From assembly GCA_013289475.1 (NCBI GenBank), contig JABCZW010000007.1:3131-67130 (forward strand): a stretch of DNA of 64,000 nt, read 5' to 3'. Position numbers and translations under genes: made by a program. Shown one piece after another: positions 63,316 to 64,000 of this stretch. This stretch comes from Bacteroidota bacterium. GTDB taxonomy: Bacteria; Bacteroidota; Bacteroidia; JABEUT01. The notes below the pieces were generated by a model, which was not told the DNA's origin, ran no database searches, and saw only the letters and a program-made list of their open reading frames with translations. Position 1 is the stretch's first letter; each line of letters starts with the position of its first letter.

Positions 63316-64000
63316 TAGAAGTTAAAAACATTACAAAAAGCTATGGCAAAACGCAGGCAGTGCGTGGCATCAGTTTTTCGATAAAAGATGGTGAGTGTTT
63401 TGGCTTGCTTGGCCCGAACGGTGCCGGTAAAAGCACTACTATTAATATGCTCAGCATGTTATTCCCTCCTAATGCCGGGCAAATAACTATTGGCGGCATT
63501 GATGTAGCAAAAGCCAATGGTGAAGTAAAAAGCATGCTGGGAATAGTACCACAGGAAATAGCACTATATGAGAAATTTACCGCATGGGAAAACATTTTAT
63601 TCTGGGGTAGCATATATGGAGTAAAGGGAAAAGCATTAAACGACAAAGCAGAACAATTATTAAAATGGGTTGGTTTATTTGACCGCAGAAAGGACCTTGT
63701 AAAAGATTATTCGGGTGGCATGAAACGCAGGATAAATATAGCCTGTGCCCTACTCCACTCACCAAAAGTGCTTTTACTCGATGAACCTACTGTTGGTGTT
63801 GATCCGCAAAGCCGAAACCTTATTTTTGAATTAATACAGCAGCTTAATAAAGAAGGTATGACCATTATATATACCACCCACTATATGGAAGAAGCTGAAA
63901 AACTTTGCGACCGTATAGGCATTATAGATAATGGGCTAATTATTGCACAAGGTACACTTGACGAACTGAAGAAGCAGAGCGAGGTGAACGACATGATAAT
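63312..64000 (+). CDS. ABC transporter ATP-binding protein (ABC-2/DrrA-like), 3' end outside the window
   Basis: Not in the ORF track because there is no stop within the window. My translation from the ATG at 63312 is [43 protein letters not shown]... (Walker A), YSGGMKRR (signature) and [10 protein letters not shown] (Walker B). The ATG overlaps the upstream stop (ATGA). Confidence 0.85.
   Translation, partial: [229 protein letters not shown]

Noticed and set aside
1-64000. Search for tRNA, rRNA, CRISPR arrays, IS elements, integrases, toxin-antitoxin pairs or recognisable defence genes
   Set aside because: No cloverleaf-sized conserved non-coding segment exists, since the largest gaps are 211, 129 and 111 nt. 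There are no spaced direct repeats. No ORF has transposase, integrase, nuclease-NTPase or methyltransferase motifs. The window appears to be core chromosome.

Overview
This window looks like an ordinary chromosomal segment of an AT-rich Bacteroidota genome, probably Chitinophagia or Sphingobacteriia. The phylum call rests on five observations:
- the bamD-rpoZ-coaBC-DUF4835 gene order;
- a 288-aa primary sigma factor;
- a T9SS C-terminal sorting domain;
- a bacillithiol gene (bshB1);
- TAnnTTTG -7 promoter boxes in most intergenic gaps.

Coding density is very high, with about 59 genes, many 1-10 nt start/stop overlaps and several convergent overlaps.

Most genes are housekeeping: coaBC, rny, zapA, hisS, hutH, recQ, gcvT, bshB1, dapF, htrA, rpoD, ribH and acpH. 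There is also a Mn uptake regulon (mntR, mntH, porin), a Cu P-type ATPase, and a five-gene surface-polysaccharide locus (8887-14227).

I found no rRNA, tRNA, CRISPR array, transposase, integrase or phage gene. Only two convincing intrinsic terminators are present.

The items most worth a second look:
1. A minimal CHAT/caspase-like protein translationally coupled to two tandem TMTC-type GT-C/TPR membrane proteins (16593-21009).
2. Three tandem paralogs with a Cys/His module, a TM helix and a CarboxypepD_reg domain (6653-8879).
3. A five-gene overlapping chain that links dapF to a possible PPPDE-like thiol peptidase and a heptaheme cytochrome c-TPR fusion (40234-45048).
4. A dihydroorotase homolog whose HxH metal site reads QxN (59788-59811).
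5. A perfect 16-bp DtxR-type palindrome between divergent mntH and mntR.
6. An unexplained operon of a small protein, a GMC oxidoreductase and an epimerase (26800-29650).

All functional calls come from reading motifs in the translations. No database search was run.
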